64,000 nt of DNA. Source: an uncultured Cytophagia bacterium. Its GTDB lineage: Bacteria > Zhuqueibacterota > Zhuqueibacteria > Thermofontimicrobiales > Thermofontimicrobiaceae. Shown piece by piece: positions 60,608 to 64,000 of this stretch (position 1 is its first letter; each line of letters begins with the position of its first letter). The translations under genes were made by a program, and so were the position numbers. Below the pieces are notes generated by a model. The model saw only the letters and a list, made by a program, of their open reading frames with translations. It had not been told where the DNA came from and ran no database searches. The stretch is taken from positions 6,108 through 70,107 of the forward strand of contig CAZYNP010000015.1 of the NCBI GenBank assembly GCA_964647995.1, in the 5' to 3' direction.

Positions 60608-63600
60608 TCAACTTCCTGGTGTTCTGGTGCTGGTCAGGAAGATCTTGATAGGAATGCGGGCCAGCTCGATCTTGTTGCCGCTCAAGTTCAGCGGTATGAT
60701 TTTGGTCAACAAACTGGCTTTGGCCAGGTGGATGGTTGGATATAGATTATCGTGTTTGATCTCGATCGAAACCAGCCGTGGCTTATAGCCCCAGCGCAGC
60801 AAGCGCCGGGTACTCTGAATGCTTTTATCTGTGCCTTTGGGATCCAGCGATTGCAGGGCATTGTCCATGAATTGCGGTCCGATCTGAGTGACATAGAGAT
60901 AGCCACCCACTTCAAATTTGGTGGCCGGATCTAAACCGGTGCCGGCCAATTCCAGATTCATGTTCAGCTCCGATCCTTTGGTTTTCAGATTCATTGCGGG
61001 CAGCAACTTGGCAGAGTTCATGCTGGCCAGATTCGCCTTGATTCGCCAATCGAGCAAATCCGGGGATCCGTCGTGCAGGTTCACAAAAAGAAAACCAGAG
61101 AGATTGCCGTCGTACAGCTTGAGTGAGAACCGCGGCACTTCCACGCGTTCGTTGGAAATCAGCAGATCGACCTTGATATCGGTAGCAAAATAGCCCGCGG
61201 CTTCGATTTTGCCAATGTGGAGCGATGAGAAACGATTCTGTTGTTGGTAATAATAGGGCCGCAGCACATCATAATGATAAGTTCCCGATTCGGCAAGAAA
61301 CGATGGTTGCTGGCTTTCGTTGATGATGGCTGACGTGGTTACATTGATTTTTTCCGAAAACGGAATGCGGCCATTGACCGCGGCTACATTGGCCAGTTCC
61401 ATTAGCGCCAGATCCACATTTCGGAAATCGATGTCACCGCTAATCTTAGCAATGTCCCCACGGAGGTCGATATGCGTCTGCTGGGTGATTTTGCCAGAGA
61501 GTTGCAGCAATTTTTCGAGCTGCAGGTCCTGGCGCGTAGCGTCGAGCACAAGATAGCTATCCATCCTGAAGCCGGTATTGCCGGATAGGCTGTCGATCAC
61601 CGCCGTAAAGCGGATGGTTGTGGCCAGATCTGGAATGACCACGGTAGAGGTATCCAGGTGGATGGTCTCCACATCCGGAAAGTGCCCCCGGATCGAGCTG
61701 GTGATGTTGCGCAGGGGCTGTTCCAGTATGCCGCCGAGCAACAGGCTATCCAGCCGGATTTGACCATCGAAGGTCCCGGCCAGGCCATCGGTTCGAAAAT
61801 TCGCCTGAGCGGTAAGCGACTTCAGTGTCAGCGATTGATCGGGATAGTCAAGGCTACCGCGCAGATCACCTGTTCCCCGAAGATCCATGATGATATCGCC
61901 TACGTCGGGAATGTCGACGATCAGCTCGGCCTTTACCAGCGTCTCGCCCAGAAATTTCAAGGTTTCCCAACCCTCCCGCAAGCTATCCGGCAGATAGGCT
62001 AAGAAGGGGGGATGGGAGATGCGAAATGGATCGAGAAAGAGGCGCAATTGCTGCTGCGGCAGCAAGGAAAAATCCCCTCGCAGCAGACCAGTACCAAAAT
62101 TGTTGAGCTTCACCGGTGACGGTTTGAGTACGATCTTTTCAAATGAGGAGTCGGTGGTCAGTACCAGATTCCCGGTCAATGACAGCGGATTGAGGCCGAT
62201 CGGCTCGGGGTCGGTGGGATACAGCAGCAGTGCGCTGGTTTGCATATTGACCTCGGTCGAAATTCGATCCAGCGATTGGGAGACCAGCGCGATGGCCACA
62301 TCGATGCGGCCGTCAACCACCTCTTCTGAAATCTGGCGCAGCGGCATTTGCTGGATGGTCAGTAAACCATTGGCCAGATAATGGTCCAGATCTCCGGTGG
62401 AGGCAAAGTTGAAATCGAAGATCAGAGGTACCTCAAAGAATTGTTCGATGCGCAAATTGCCTGTTAGCGATGTGGGCAAAAAATCGGCATTGAGCATCCC
62501 ATGCATGCCGAAATGGATATCGCGAAATACATAATTCAAGGTATCGACCGCGGTGGTGAATGAATCGATGCTCACGGTGCTGTGCAATTTGGTCGGTTGC
62601 AGGCCATCTGCGGTGTAAATGCCCGAAAGGCTGATGTTGCCCATGGCGTTTCCCAGGTAGTACTGGACACTGCTATCGCCAATCGAGCAATCGGCCACCG
62701 ACAGATTGACCTGAAACGCCAGTCCCTCCTCAGGCCTGCTGCTCATTGGATTGCCCCGAATTTCTGTCCCTCGCAGCGATGCGGTGCCAGTAAGGGCAAG
62801 ATTGGAGTACTCGTTTCTCAGCGTATCCGGCAGAACCGGAATAAATAGCTGCAGCCAATTGGCGAGATTGGCCCTGCTATCGACCACAACCAGATCGAAT
62901 TGCGGCTGATCCAGAGCATTGGTGATGCTGCCCTGCAGCTCTAAAATAGGCTCGCCGGCCAGATGGGCCGCCATTTCTTTGATGAATAGATCGCCAGCGT
63001 CGGCATTGGCAGTGAGCGCAAGGGCCAGCTCGAAACAGGGAGAAAGTGGAAAGCGAATCGTTCGCTCAGGAGTCGCCGTGCTGTCGCTCAAGCTGATCTG
63101 CAGATTATGCAGCGATAGTTCACCAGCGACTTTTATTTTTTCCAATCCATCGATCTGGGTGTCGATTTTCAAATCCAAATTGGAGCTGATGTCGAGGTGA
63201 CTGGCTGTGGATTTGATAGCCGCCGCCAATTGCCAGGGACGATCGTCGGAATAAATGGTCACATGGGCCCGAGCGCCCTTTTTCAGTTCAGCGTACGTTT
63301 TTCGTGGGAGGACCAGGTCCTCGATTCGGCCGGAGATGCCACCGGTGCGAAGGGTGTAGAGGGTATCCGTTTGCGCAATGGCAACGTAGGCCGTCAGCTT
63401 CTCAAGCTGGAATTGTTGCAGCACGACGGTCAGCGGAACACTCAACTCCGTGGCCGCAGTATCCACTGCGGTGGAGTCGACGACCAGCAGGTCATCAAAA
63501 TTCCAGCGGAGGTCGGGATCCTGGGAGAGGTAGATTTCCGGTGCGTCGATGAGGATTTCATAGATCTCGATTTTCTTCTTGAGCAGGGACGACAGCCGAT

Positions 63601-63904
63601 AATGCAGGTGAACCTGATGACAACGGAAAAAGTAGTTGGCGGATGCGTTTGTGACCTCTCGGTCATAAATCACAATATCGTTGAGGGTGAATCCGCGCAA
63701 TGGATTGAAGCGCAATTCTCCCAGCGTGGTACGGCGGTTCAAACTCGCTTCGATTTCGGCGACCAGCAGCCGTTTGATTTTTGTCGTTGGGAAAAAGATG
63801 CGCAGGGCGAGCAGCGCCAACAAGAGTAGAACGACCACCACGCCGATTGTCCCGAGCGATAGTTTGAAAATTTTCTTGACCATTTCGTTCAGACCTTTAT
63901 TCAT
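60608..63904 (-). CDS. TamB/AsmA-like giant envelope protein (N-terminal TM anchor, long beta-rich repetitive body)
   Basis: 1098 aa with a single N-terminal TM helix, very high Leu/Ser/Thr/Gly content and repetitive beta-strand-like segments. The size and architecture resemble the translocation-and-assembly-module TamB / AsmA family. Confidence 0.5.
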   Translation of the reverse strand: MNKGLNEMVKKIFKLSLGTIGVVVVLLLLALLALRIFFPTTKIKRLLVAEIEASLNRRTTLGELRFNPLRGFTLNDIVIYDREVTNASANYFFRCHQVHLHYRLSSLLKKKIEIYEILIDAPEIYLSQDPDLRWNFDDLLVVDSTAVDTAATELSVPLTVVLQQFQLEKLTAYVAIAQTDTLYTLRTGGISGRIEDLVLPRKTYAELKKGARAHVTIYSDDRPWQLAAAIKSTASHLDISSNLDLKIDTQIDGLEKIKVAGELSLHNLQISLSDSTATPERTIRFPLSPCFELALALTANADAGDLFIKEMAAHLAGEPILELQGSITNALDQPQFDLVVVDSRANLANWLQLFIPVLPDTLRNEYSNLALTGTASLRGTEIRGNPMSSRPEEGLAFQVNLSVADCSIGDSSVQYYLGNAMGNISLSGIYTADGLQPTKLHSTVSIDSFTTAVDTLNYVFRDIHFGMHGMLNADFLPTSLTGNLRIEQFFEVPLIFDFNFASTGDLDHYLANGLLTIQQMPLRQISEEVVDGRIDVAIALVSQSLDRISTEVNMQTSALLLYPTDPEPIGLNPLSLTGNLVLTTDSSFEKIVLKPSPVKLNNFGTGLLRGDFSLLPQQQLRLFLDPFRISHPPFLAYLPDSLREGWETLKFLGETLVKAELIVDIPDVGDIIMDLRGTGDLRGSLDYPDQSLTLKSLTAQANFRTDGLAGTFDGQIRLDSLLLGGILEQPLRNITSSIRGHFPDVETIHLDTSTVVIPDLATTIRFTAVIDSLSGNTGFRMDSYLVLDATRQDLQLEKLLQLSGKITQQTHIDLRGDIAKISGDIDFRNVDLALMELANVAAVNGRIPFSEKINVTTSAIINESQQPSFLAESGTYHYDVLRPYYYQQQNRFSSLHIGKIEAAGYFATDIKVDLLISNERVEVPRFSLKLYDGNLSGFLFVNLHDGSPDLLDWRIKANLASMNSAKLLPAMNLKTKGSELNMNLELAGTGLDPATKFEVGGYLYVTQIGPQFMDNALQSLDPKGTDKSIQSTRRLLRWGYKPRLVSIEIKHDNLYPTIHLAKASLLTKIIPLNLSGNKIELARIPIKIFLTSTRTPGS

Positions 63905-64000
63905 TTCGGTCGCGGCGGGATGACCTGCCTCAAGGCATCGACGGGCACGGATTCGATGAATACCTGACGATGAGGAAATGGAATTTCGATGCCTGCTTGA

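Overview
This 64-kb window looks like a gene-dense bacterial chromosomal segment of about 50% GC. One encoded protein carries a Bacteroidota-type T9SS C-terminal sorting domain, which points to an FCB-superphylum-like lineage. I found no rRNA or tRNA gene and no CRISPR array.

Features I can support from the sequence:
- a GH-D-clan alpha-galactosidase-like hydrolase at the 5' edge
- an aminotransferase gene remnant with an in-frame stop
- a DUF89 (ARMT1-like) phosphatase and lgt
- a stand-alone protein made of seven perfect 14-aa (42-bp) coiled-coil repeats fused to a PD-(D/E)XK-nuclease-like C-terminal domain, preceded by a near-consensus sigma70 promoter
- a cobalamin riboswitch with its own terminator hairpin, in front of a btuF/btuD/btuC-like ABC importer
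- citrate lyase as a CitD-CitE fusion plus CitF, with no accessory genes in the window
- endonuclease III and an MltD-like LysM lytic transglycosylase
- a minus-strand block running metK, ahcY, a DUF3108-like protein, a GT2 glycosyltransferase, a radical-SAM/SPASM enzyme, a PHP-domain metallohydrolase and a SWIM zinc-finger protein
- an inositol-monophosphatase-family protein, a bifunctional PGI/PMI, and PTS EI, HPr and mannose-family IIC/IID with no IIA/IIB
- a polyprenyl synthase, a Tat-signal LD-carboxypeptidase and RidA
- an orphan PAS-GAF histidine kinase
- a penicillin/AHL-acylase-family Ntn hydrolase
- a YhaM-like OB/HD nuclease
- a PKD-domain T9SS cargo protein and an M14 carboxypeptidase
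- DUF72 and a TauE half-size protein
- a SWIM-SNF2 helicase
- a fused LeuC-LeuD aconitase-family dehydratase
- a small redox cluster (Cys-rich ORF, DUF1858, OsmC) next to an ECF sigma/ZAS anti-sigma pair
- deoC, a GNAT, Ppx/GppA and a LarA homolog
- a roughly 1-kb ORF-free AT-rich stretch
- a TamB/AsmA-like giant envelope protein

The candidates most worth a second look are the repeat/nuclease protein, the radical-SAM/GT2/PHP/SWIM cassette, a duplicated ~60-nt 5' element shared by the ECF sigma gene and a distant locus, and the ORF-free region.
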